Position numbers and translations under genes: made by a program. The notes beneath the pieces were generated by a model, which was not told where the DNA came from, searched no databases, and saw only the letters and a list, made by a program, of their open reading frames with translations. Source: an uncultured archaeon (GTDB lineage Archaea > Micrarchaeota > Micrarchaeia > Micrarchaeales > CABMGC01). Taken from it: DNA of 32,000 nucleotides. Shown here one piece after another: positions 7,759 to 15,380 of the stretch. The stretch is taken from NCBI GenBank assembly GCA_963704435.1, contig OY969902.1:750001-782000 (forward strand), read 5' to 3'. The stretch's first letter is position 1; the number at the start of each line of letters is the position of its first letter.

Positions 7759-9691
7759 TATGGCGCAGGAAGGACCGAGCAAAGAGGCAAGGCGGGAGTT
7801 CGTGCGCGACTTAGAGGTGGCGATAGACGGCCTCTATAGGGACGTGGACATAAACGCGCTGCAGGTATCGCCGACCATCTCCTTCACGGAGGGCCAGAAG
7901 GCGGCGGGCGCAAACGACGACAGGGAAAAGGGCGACATGGCATCGTCGGTGGCGTTCAAGCTCGCTAGGTTGCTGAGGCAGAAGCCGAGCGACATAGCGA
8001 AGGCCATCGCTTCAAAGGCCGAGCCGTCGGGCTGCCTATCGAGGTTCGAGGAGCTGAACGGCTACGTGAACGCGTTCATAGAGGAGCGCGCCTACACGGC
8101 CAGCGTGGTCTCCGGCGTGATCAAGGAGGGCGGATCCTACGGCTCGAGCGCGATGGGCCGCGGCGGCCGGGTGATGGTCGAGTTCCCCAGCGTGAACCCG
8201 AACAAGCAGTGGCACGTCGGCCACCTCAGGAATGCGCTGCTCGGCGACACGATCTGCAATCTGCTCGCCTTCTGTTCGTTTGACGCAGAGCGCGAGGACT
8301 ACATAGACGACCTCGGGCTGCAGATAGCGGAGACGATGTGGGGCTGGGAGCACCTCAGCGGCAGGCCCGACAAGAAGCTCGACCTCTGGCTCGGAGAGCA
8401 GTACGTCGAGGTCAACAGGAGGATGGCGGAGAGCCCCTCAGTGAAAGGGGAGGTCGAGGCGCTGCTGAAGCGCATGGAGGACGTGGACTCGCAGGAGCTC
8501 AGGGCAGTCAGGAACGAGATAACCGAGCCCTGCGTGCTGGCGCAGAGCGAGACCGCGTTCGATTATGGTGTCTGCCACGACGTGATGGTCTGGGAGAGCG
8601 ACATAGTGCGCGCGCAGCTGCTGCACAAGGCGCTGGAGTTGGCATTGGAGAAGGGCGTGGTCGAGAAGGCGGGCGACGGAAAGTACGCGGGCTGCATCGT
8701 AGTCAAGCTGGACCGGCTGTCCAAGTACGCCAAGGAGCTCGAGGGCGCAAGGGAGGACGCGAAGGTCATCGTCCGGAGCAACGGCGTCGCCACCTACATA
8801 GCCAAGGATTTCGCGTTCCATCTCTGGAAGTTCGGGCTGATAGACGCGGCCTTCAAATACAAGGAGCTGGTCGAGCGCCAGCCGAACGGAAGGCCGCTGT
8901 TCTCCACGGCATCTGAAGGGACTGCGAAGGAGTTCGGCAGGGCAAGGACGGCGGTGAACATAATCGACGCGTCGCAGCGCCACGAGCAGCTAATAATGCG
9001 GCTGATGTTCACGCTGCTGGGCCGCGGCGACATCGCGGACAACCTCGTGCACCTCGCGTACGGCAGGGTGAGGGTGGCCGAGGGCGGCCTGAGCACCAGG
9101 AAAGGCACGTGGCAGGGCAAGGAAAGGAGCTACACGGCGGACGACCTGCTCAGGGAGGTGCGCGCAAAGGCGCACGGGATAGTCTCGAAGAGCGAGAAGA
9201 TAGAGAAAATCGAGGATGCGGACGGGATATCGAGCAAGGTGGCGCTCGCGGCGATAAAGTTCGAGTTCCTGAGGACCGCGCCGGAGAAGGAGATAGTCTT
9301 CTCCTGGGAGAAGGCGCTCAGCTTCGAGGGCAATTCCGGGCCGTACTGCCTGTACACCTACGCGAGGGCGTCAAGGATACTTGAGAAGGCGGGGGCCGCA
9401 GGCCTGCCGAAGGCCTACCCGAACGTGTCGAGGGGCCACGACTTCGAGCTCGTCAAGCTCATGGGCCGGTTCCAGGAGACCGCGGAGAAGGCGTGCGGCG
9501 AGTACCGGCCAAACGTCATCACGGATTACCTGCTTGACCTCGCGTCTGAGTTCAGCAAGTTCTACGAGGCGATGCCCGTTCTCAAGGGCGGAGAGTCGAT
9601 GGAAGAGAGGCTCGCGATAGTCTCCGCGTTCAGGCAGGTCATGAGGAACGCGCTCGCCCTTCTTGGAATAGGCATCGTGGAGAGGATGTAG
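7751..9691 (+). CDS. argS: Arginyl-tRNA synthetase
   Basis: VMVEFPSVNPNKQWHVGHLRNALLGDTICNLL (class I HxGH), ARTAVNIIDASQRHEQ, LSTRKG in place of KMSKS, and C-terminal anticodon-binding DALR-like domain. Overlaps nnr by 8 bp. Confidence 0.93.
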   Translation: MSDMAQEGPSKEARREFVRDLEVAIDGLYRDVDINALQVSPTISFTEGQKAAGANDDREKGDMASSVAFKLARLLRQKPSDIAKAIASKAEPSGCLSRFEELNGYVNAFIEERAYTASVVSGVIKEGGSYGSSAMGRGGRVMVEFPSVNPNKQWHVGHLRNALLGDTICNLLAFCSFDAEREDYIDDLGLQIAETMWGWEHLSGRPDKKLDLWLGEQYVEVNRRMAESPSVKGEVEALLKRMEDVDSQELRAVRNEITEPCVLAQSETAFDYGVCHDVMVWESDIVRAQLLHKALELALEKGVVEKAGDGKYAGCIVVKLDRLSKYAKELEGAREDAKVIVRSNGVATYIAKDFAFHLWKFGLIDAAFKYKELVERQPNGRPLFSTASEGTAKEFGRARTAVNIIDASQRHEQLIMRLMFTLLGRGDIADNLVHLAYGRVRVAEGGLSTRKGTWQGKERSYTADDLLREVRAKAHGIVSKSEKIEKIEDADGISSKVALAAIKFEFLRTAPEKEIVFSWEKALSFEGNSGPYCLYTYARASRILEKAGAAGLPKAYPNVSRGHDFELVKLMGRFQETAEKACGEYRPNVITDYLLDLASEFSKFYEAMPVLKGGESMEERLAIVSAFRQVMRNALALLGIGIVERM

Positions 9692-10285
9692 TCACACGCC
9701 GCGTCTGGAATCCAGGACTTTTTTCCTCAGCCCTTCGTAAATGTGGCGCAACTCCGGGATTTTTACCACTCTGTCCCCGGTTCCTAAGAACTCCTCGACC
9801 GCTTCAGTGCTGAGATATCTTGAATATGGGACAAGCATGAACACATAGTCCAGTTTGTCCACCTCTTCGACAAGCCGAGCTTCCTTGGTAGTTATCTCCC
9901 TAGCTTCCACCCACAGCTTCCAGAGGTCATCGTGCGATTCTGCGTCGAGGGCGGAGAGGACCCTTCTGGCGTTTTCGTACTCTAGCTTCTTCCTATCGGA
10001 ATTGTTCATGATCTGGTCTGCCTCCTTGGGCCTGGTCGCTATGTCTCCCATGCCTCCCGCTTCGTTTATGTTGTGTATCAACCCCATCAATAGGCACTTG
10101 CCAGCGTCAAGGCCCAGTTTTTTGGCCATCAGGTATGACATGAGGGCGACGCTGAAAGAATGGTCTCCCACATGCTCCGGCCTAATTACGCCTTCCCTGA
10201 CCCATCCAGTCCTGTCGATTCCCTTCAGCCTATCCGCTTCGAGAATGAAACTCAGTATCTTATCGAGTTCTTCATCTGACTTCAT
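9692..10285 (-). CDS. HD-domain (YfbR/HDDC2-like) protein, with HD changed to HN
   Basis: GWVREGVIRPEHVGDHSFSVALMSYLMA...LLMGLIHNINEAGGMGDI...EVDKLDYV aligns with the HDDC2/5'-deoxynucleotidase pattern, except the HD dipeptide reads HN. Confidence 0.8.
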   Translation of the reverse strand: MKSDEELDKILSFILEADRLKGIDRTGWVREGVIRPEHVGDHSFSVALMSYLMAKKLGLDAGKCLLMGLIHNINEAGGMGDIATRPKEADQIMNNSDRKKLEYENARRVLSALDAESHDDLWKLWVEAREITTKEARLVEEVDKLDYVFMLVPYSRYLSTEAVEEFLGTGDRVVKIPELRHIYEGLRKKVLDSRRGV

Positions 10286-10328
10286 AGGATCTGCCTTTTG
10301 TGATTAGGGGGTGTGGGGTCAAGGTATA

Positions 10329-10961
10329 CCACGGGCTTTAGCCCGCGGACAGGAATTGACCCCACTTTGAGTGTTCCTGCTCTATTTTTAACAAATTCTG
10401 AGAAGGATTAGCGACGGCAGTGTGGCCCCAGAATTTTTGCGGTCCTGAAGTTTCTGCCGCCGAAGTGTTATTGTGAATAGTGTAAACAATGTAAGGGATA
10501 TAAAGGAAAGCGCGACGGCATGCATCCACAGGTACAACTGGCAGCACATGGTTTTTGTGTCGAAATATCGATACAGGATGTTCAAAAATCCAGAGACCTG
10601 CCGAATAATACACGATGCGATTTATGACGCCGCGCGTAGACATGGAATCGGAATTAAAGAATTCGCTGTCGGAGAAGACTTTCAACACGTGCATCTTGAG
10701 ATTGACGTACCAAATACTATGTCAGTTTCAACCGCGGTGCAACTGCTGAAGGGATATTCGGCGTACGTGGTCTTCAAAGAAATGCCAAACCATCGACTTA
10801 GGTATTGGAGAGGGCATTTCTGGAGTGAAGGATACAGTAACGGAAGCGTAGGCCCTCAGAACGAGGAGACGATACAAAATTACATCAGAAAGCAGGATCA
10901 GTACGGACAAATGAGACTTGCCGCCTAGAGCGCAGGGGATACCCCCGACTTTAGTCGGGGG
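10329..10961 (+). mobile_element. IS200-like element (tnpA only); extent given from hairpin to hairpin, true ends uncertain
   Basis: tnpA ORF flanked by hairpins with the same TTTA loop and orientation: CCACGGGC-TTTA-GCCCGCGG (10329-10348) and CCCCCGAC-TTTA-GTCGGGGG (10942-10961). No tnpB is present. Confidence 0.75.
10473..10928 (+). CDS. tnpA: IS200/IS605 family Y1 HUH transposase TnpA
   Basis: RYNWQHMVFVSKYRYRMF, EDFQHVHLEIDVPN (HUH: HVH), QLLKGYSA, RGHFWSEGY, and NEETIQNYIRKQ (catalytic Tyr region). Confidence 0.93.
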   Translation: MNSVNNVRDIKESATACIHRYNWQHMVFVSKYRYRMFKNPETCRIIHDAIYDAARRHGIGIKEFAVGEDFQHVHLEIDVPNTMSVSTAVQLLKGYSAYVVFKEMPNHRLRYWRGHFWSEGYSNGSVGPQNEETIQNYIRKQDQYGQMRLAA

Positions 10962-11110
10962 AGGAGGTCATTCTAAGTATGTGACAACCGCAGCGCAGAA
11001 CGCATCCAACACACAATTAATAATAGGGAACAAAGGAATTAAATGTTCAATGAGTGAGTCCAAAAGCGTTTCCTAATCCGCGGCCTCGTAGAGACGTCCA
11101 ACTAACATTT

Positions 11111-11118
11111 TATAAATG
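11111..11118 (+). promoter_or_regulatory. TATA box of tRNA-Arg
   Basis: TATAAATG about 27 bp upstream of the tRNA 5' end (11138), typical archaeal spacing. Confidence 0.6.
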
Positions 11119-11137
11119 AGCCTTCCAAATACCTATA

Positions 11138-11250
11138 GGGTCCGTAGCTCAGCTTGGATAGAGCGATGCCGTCCTAAGGCAAAGGTCACGGGTTCAAAAT
11201 GAACATATATGCGCTTCGCCTAGATGTTTATGACAATCCCGTCGGACCCG
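11138..11250 (+). tRNA. tRNA-Arg(CCT) with a T-loop intron
   Basis: Acceptor GGGTCCG/CGGACCC; D-arm GCTC-AGCTTGGATA-GAGC; anticodon arm ATGCC-GTCCTAA-GGCAA (anticodon CCT, 27-43 A-A mismatch); variable AGGTC; T-stem ACGGG/CCCGT; discriminator G. The T-loop TTCAAAT is interrupted by a 38-nt insert. Confidence 0.85.
11199..11236 (+). other. Non-canonical tRNA intron (38 nt) in the T-loop, between tRNA positions 59 and 60
   Basis: Predicted BHB: outer helix ACGGG/CCCGT; central TTCA/TGAC (3 of 4 bp pair); 3-nt bulges AA|A and AA|T; inner intron helix TGAACAT/ATGTTTA. Cleavage after the second nucleotide of each bulge restores the 7-nt loop TTCAAAT. Confidence 0.82.
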
Positions 11251-11261
11251 AAGGTGTTTAA

Positions 11262-12314
11262 ATGAAGGACAATAAAGGAAATGCCAAGGAGCCTCGAATA
11301 CTAATACGGCCGATAGGAAGGTTCGGCGGGCTCGACAGTCTCCACATGACCTTCGTGATAGTCATAGCGCTGCTGTTCCTGCTTCTGCTGGTGGTCTCGT
11401 ACTCGAAGCCGCCAGTGCTCGTATCCAACTCCACACTTTCGGCCAATTGCACCTATGGGTATCTTCTCAACGGCTCGTGCGCGAGGCCGGTGCACAACGC
11501 CACGCAGGTCGGCGTCATGGTCGAGAGGGTGCTCGCAAGCTACTCAAGCGTCAACAGCTCGCTCTCAACGCTTCCGTACATAACGAACGTCAGCTCGATG
11601 AACGCGACGTACCTGCCGCTGAGCGGGGAGTGGTATGTGTCGCTGAAGGCGGCGAACCTCGGTAGCAACTCGACGTTCCTGGTCTCGTTCCTGGTTAGCG
11701 ACTCTAACCTCTCGAAGATAACTCCATCCATACAGACCGCGGTCCCGTCAATGATACTGGGGAACCAGGAGGTCTCGCAGGGCGTCATAAAGCTGGCGGG
11801 CAAGTATGCCTGCCTCAACCAGTCGCCGGTGAACGCGTACTGGTTCATTGATCCGTACGCCCCCGGCTCGATAAGCAGCCTAGTCAATGCCACGTCCATA
11901 GAGCGCGGGCTCGGAGGGAAGGCCAACGTAACGATCAAGATAGTCTACGGCGCAGCCACGCAGCACATCGGGCAGGGCTATGGCCTGGGCAACGCGCAGC
12001 TGCTAGGCCAATACGTACTGTGCGCGTCGCAGCAGCCTAACTTCAGGAGCTTCGCATCCAACCTAAACTCCCTGTACTCCGGGTCCTACGTTCCCAGGTC
12101 GGCCCTCACCAACGTCGCCAACGTGTCAGGCCTGAACTACACGGCGCTGAACTCGTGCGTCGGCAACACCACGCAGGAGATAAATGCCCAGGAGCTGCTC
12201 GCCAATTACTACAACATAACGCAGACGCCGCTTGTCATCGTGAACTGCGAGTACCTGTCGATACCGCAGACTGCCTTGCGCGCGTTCTGCTACGTAAGCA
12301 ACTCACTCTGCTGA
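11262..12314 (+). CDS. Hypothetical protein with N-terminal TM and Ser/Asn-rich, Cys-containing extracytoplasmic domain
   Basis: N-terminal [21 protein letters not shown] followed by a long Ser/Asn-rich region with many N-x-S/T sequons and several Cys. Confidence 0.7.
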   Translation: MKDNKGNAKEPRILIRPIGRFGGLDSLHMTFVIVIALLFLLLLVVSYSKPPVLVSNSTLSANCTYGYLLNGSCARPVHNATQVGVMVERVLASYSSVNSSLSTLPYITNVSSMNATYLPLSGEWYVSLKAANLGSNSTFLVSFLVSDSNLSKITPSIQTAVPSMILGNQEVSQGVIKLAGKYACLNQSPVNAYWFIDPYAPGSISSLVNATSIERGLGGKANVTIKIVYGAATQHIGQGYGLGNAQLLGQYVLCASQQPNFRSFASNLNSLYSGSYVPRSALTNVANVSGLNYTALNSCVGNTTQEINAQELLANYYNITQTPLVIVNCEYLSIPQTALRAFCYVSNSLC

Positions 12315-12326
12315 TGTCGCGTGGGA

Positions 12327-12336
12327 ATGTTTATAT
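12327..12336 (+). promoter_or_regulatory. TATA box of the Alba gene (approximate)
   Basis: GTTTATATAAG located about 40 bp upstream of ATG 12373. Confidence 0.5.
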
Positions 12337-12372
12337 AAGTCTAACGCACAACTAGTACCAAGCAATCATTCA

Positions 12373-12714
12373 ATGGCGCTTGCTACTTGCAACCAAGGTG
12401 GAACTATGACCGAGACCGATGGAATGGAGAGGAGGGAGAGCGCAATGCCTGAGAACGTAGTCTACATAGGCAAGAAGCCGGCGATGAACTACGTGCTCGC
12501 GGTCGTGACGCAGTTCAACAACGGCGCGAAGAACGTCAAGATAAAGGCCAGGGGAAACACTATAAGCAGGGCCGTCGACGTCGCCGAGATCTCGCGGAAC
12601 AGGTTCCTCCAGGAGGTCAAGGTCCACAACATATCGATAAACTCCGAGGAGCTGCAGAATGAGGACGGCACTAAGTCCAAGGTCAGCACGATCGAGATAA
12701 ATCTGGGCAAGTAG
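12373..12714 (+). CDS. Alba family DNA/RNA-binding protein (start could be 12445)
   Basis: [67 protein letters not shown] matches the Alba core. Confidence 0.9.
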   Translation: MALATCNQGGTMTETDGMERRESAMPENVVYIGKKPAMNYVLAVVTQFNNGAKNVKIKARGNTISRAVDVAEISRNRFLQEVKVHNISINSEELQNEDGTKSKVSTIEINLGK

Positions 12715-12824
12715 CCTTGCTTATTTCCTTTTTCTTCCTTTTTCATTTGCGTGACAGTGTGAGTTCGGCCCGCACGCCGCAGCTTTTAAGCCTTTTATGC
12801 TAATTTGTACCGGAGGGCGATGGC

Positions 12825-13307
12825 GTGGAGACCGAGGCAGTCAAGATAGAGAAGGGCGGGGACGTTCAGCTCGTCATCGGCCACGCGGGCTTCATAAAGA
12901 CCGCGGAGGACCTATACGAGGCGATGATGAATTCCGTGCCAGGAGTGAAGTTCGGGCTCGCGTTCGCGGAGGCCAGCGGCCCATGCCTTGTGCGCAGCGA
13001 GGGAAACAGCCCAGAGCTCGTCAAGCTGGCGGAGAAGAACATGGCGCGGATAGGAGCGGGCCACACGTTCATAATACTGTTCAAAGGGGCGTATCCCATA
13101 AACTTGGTAGGTACTATAAGGGACGTCTGCGAAGTAGCGAGGGTCTACTGCGCGACCGCGAACCCTGTAGAGGTGCTGGTGGCGAAAACGCAGCTGGGCA
13201 GGGCGGTCATAGGAATAGTCGATGGTTCCGCGGCGAAGGGAATAGAGAAGGAGAAGGACAGGGCCGAAAGGAGGAAGTTCCTCAGGGATACGGGATACAA
13301 GATGTGA
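12825..13307 (+). CDS. Archaeal adenosine-specific kinase family protein (PF04008-like)
   Basis: GGDVQLVIGHAGFIKTAEDLYEAMMNSVPGVKFGLAFAEASGPCLVRSEGN...NMARIGAGHTFIILFKGAYPIN...EVARVYCATANPVEVLVAKTQLGRAVIGIVDG. Confidence 0.85.
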   Translation: METEAVKIEKGGDVQLVIGHAGFIKTAEDLYEAMMNSVPGVKFGLAFAEASGPCLVRSEGNSPELVKLAEKNMARIGAGHTFIILFKGAYPINLVGTIRDVCEVARVYCATANPVEVLVAKTQLGRAVIGIVDGSAAKGIEKEKDRAERRKFLRDTGYKM

Positions 13308-13311
13308 TTTC

Positions 13312-13983
13312 TTGCAGGCGTTCAGGTCTTTGGACACTGGCTCGGCAAAGGCGGCTATCGAGCTCCTGGAGAAAGAATACAAGGACGCGGAGTATTACCT
13401 GAAGTTCTCCACTCCAGTGGATCTCCTTGTCGCTGCCATACTCTCCGCGCAGACGAGGGACGAAGTCGTGAACTCCGTGACTCCAGAGCTGTTCAAGCGT
13501 TTCAGGACCGCGAAGGACTACGCGAGTTCAGGCGCCGACGGGCTGCTCAAGTATGTAAGCAGGGTCAGCTTCGCAGGCAACAAGGCGAAGAACATAGCCG
13601 AGACGTGCAGGATCATAAGCGAGAAGTACGGAGGAAAGGTGCCGGACAAGATGGAGCAGCTGGTCGAGCTCCCGGGGGTCGGGCGGAAGACAGCGAACAC
13701 CATACTCATAAACGCGTACGGCATCGTTGAAGGGATACCTGTCGACACGTGGGTGATAAAGCTCTCGCACAGGATCGGGCTGAGCCGGGGCGAAGACCCC
13801 GAGGACATCGAAAGGGACCTGATGCGCATCGTAGACAGGAAGCACTGGAAGAGCATAGCGTACGTATTCAAGGCGCACGGCAGGAAGATATGCCAGTCGC
13901 AGGTGCCAATCTGCAGCGGATGCCTGCTTGGGCCCACAAAACACAAGCTCTGTCCCCGGAACGGAGTTGCGAAAAGCGCGTGA
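13312..13983 (+). CDS. nth: Endonuclease III (HhH-GPD DNA glycosylase/AP lyase) with C-terminal 4-Cys motif
   Basis: AAILSAQTRDEVVNSV, ELPGVGRKTANTILINAYGIVEGIPVDTWV, and Cys motif C-x6-C-x2-C-x9-C. Confidence 0.9.
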   Translation: MQAFRSLDTGSAKAAIELLEKEYKDAEYYLKFSTPVDLLVAAILSAQTRDEVVNSVTPELFKRFRTAKDYASSGADGLLKYVSRVSFAGNKAKNIAETCRIISEKYGGKVPDKMEQLVELPGVGRKTANTILINAYGIVEGIPVDTWVIKLSHRIGLSRGEDPEDIERDLMRIVDRKHWKSIAYVFKAHGRKICQSQVPICSGCLLGPTKHKLCPRNGVAKSA

Positions 13984-13987
13984 CCCT

Positions 13988-15289
13988 ATGGACTTCATAA
14001 CCGAGATGCACATGCATTCGAAGTACGCAAGGGCGTGCAGCGACCAGCTCACGCTCGAGAACATGGCAGCAGCGTCGCAGGAGAAGGGCGTGCAGATAAT
14101 CGCCACCGGAGACTTCACGCACCCGCTGTGGTTCAAGGAGATAAGCGAAAAGCTGGTCGAGAAGGAGCCTGGAATATTCACACTCAGGGGCGGAGCCTCA
14201 CCGACGAGGTTCCTGCTAGCGACGGAGATCTGCGTCGCGTTCTCCAAGAGCGGGAAGAGCGGCCTCGCGGTTTTCGACAAGACCGGCGACGTAAAGCGGT
14301 TCCATAACTGCGTGCTGGCGCCGAGCATTGAGGTAGTGGGGCAGATAAACGAGAGGATAGCGAAGTTCGGGAACCTCGCCATCGACGGGAGGCCGACCCT
14401 GGCGATGCATGCGAGCGAGTTCGTAGAGCTCATGCACTCGATCGACCCGCGCATAATGGTCTTCCCGGCGCACGCTTACACGCCTTGGTTCGGGGTGCTC
14501 GGCTCGTACTCTGGCTTCGACTCGCTGGAGGAGGCCTACGAGGACCAAGTGATGCACATCCACGCGCTTGAGACTGGACTGAGCAGCGATCCGTCAAACA
14601 GCTGGCGCATATCCGGGCTCGATAAGTTCGCGCTCGTCTCTGGCAGCGACGCGCACTCGCTGCCGAAGATAGGCAGGGAGGCCACGGTGTTCAGTATGGC
14701 TGCGAAGGACCTCTCCTACGACCGCCTAACCTCTGCCATCAAGAACAGGAAGCTGAAGTCCACGATAGAGTTCTATCCCGAGGAAGGGAAGTACCACTAC
14801 GACGGCCACAGGAAATGCAACCTCTCGCTCAGCCCCAAGGAGGCGGAGAAGTACCACAACATCTGCCCGGTCTGCGGGAAGAGGCTTACGCTCGGTGTGC
14901 TGCACAGGGTCGAGGACCTCGCCGATCGAGAGGAGGGTTACGTCCCCAAGGGCGCGGCTCCGTTCGTGCACGCGATACCCTTGCAGGAGATAATTGCGTT
15001 CGTAAGCAAGAAGACCGTGTATTCGGTATACGTGAAGAGCACGTATGCCAAACTGATAGAACGGTTCGGCACCGAGATGAATGTCCTGCTGAAGGCAGAC
15101 ATAAAGAGCGTGGAGGAGGTCGACCGTGACCTCGCCAAGGCACTGGAGAATGTAAGGGAGGAGAACGTCAGGATAAAGCCAGGATACGACGGCGTGTTCG
15201 GCACGATAGACCTGCTCAGCGGCAGCGGCACCGGCGGACCCGTGGTCGAGGGGCACGGCACCTCCCAGAAATCGATGGGAGATTTCTAG
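13988..15289 (+). CDS. Endonuclease Q-like PHP-domain nuclease
   Basis: MDFITEMHMHSKYARACSDQLTLENMAAASQEKGVQIIATGDFTHPLW (PHP metal-binding), zinc-knuckle-like CNLSLSPKEAEKYHNICPVCGKRLTLGVLHRVEDLADREEGY. The ORF-track start at 13928 would overlap nth; ATG 13988 is the likely start. Confidence 0.85.
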   Translation: MDFITEMHMHSKYARACSDQLTLENMAAASQEKGVQIIATGDFTHPLWFKEISEKLVEKEPGIFTLRGGASPTRFLLATEICVAFSKSGKSGLAVFDKTGDVKRFHNCVLAPSIEVVGQINERIAKFGNLAIDGRPTLAMHASEFVELMHSIDPRIMVFPAHAYTPWFGVLGSYSGFDSLEEAYEDQVMHIHALETGLSSDPSNSWRISGLDKFALVSGSDAHSLPKIGREATVFSMAAKDLSYDRLTSAIKNRKLKSTIEFYPEEGKYHYDGHRKCNLSLSPKEAEKYHNICPVCGKRLTLGVLHRVEDLADREEGYVPKGAAPFVHAIPLQEIIAFVSKKTVYSVYVKSTYAKLIERFGTEMNVLLKADIKSVEEVDRDLAKALENVREENVRIKPGYDGVFGTIDLLSGSGTGGPVVEGHGTSQKSMGDF

Positions 15290-15380
15290 CTGCTTCCAAC
15301 TCCGCACATCCATATCGCCCCTACGAAGAATGGCGAATCATATCGCAAAAGTTTAAAAGCTGAAATGTCCAAACTGCATC

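Noticed and set aside
8338-8983. Long alternate-frame and antisense ORFs inside argS
   Set aside because: Arg/Gly-rich out-of-frame translations of a well-supported argS gene.
10329-10348. Hairpin CCACGGGC-TTTA-GCCCGCGG considered as an intrinsic terminator
   Set aside because: It lacks a following T-run and has a matching partner at 10942-10961, better explained as IS200-like element ends.
11138-11250. Interpretation of the interrupted tRNA-Arg as a pseudogene or IS-disrupted tRNA
   Set aside because: The insert is short, forms a helix with BHB-like bulges at its borders, and its removal gives a full tRNA with intact acceptor, D, anticodon and T arms.
13528-14454. 308-aa ORF on the minus strand
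   Set aside because: Antisense to nth and the endonuclease Q gene, both with clear family motifs. Its translation is low-complexity shadow sequence typical of GC-rich coding DNA.
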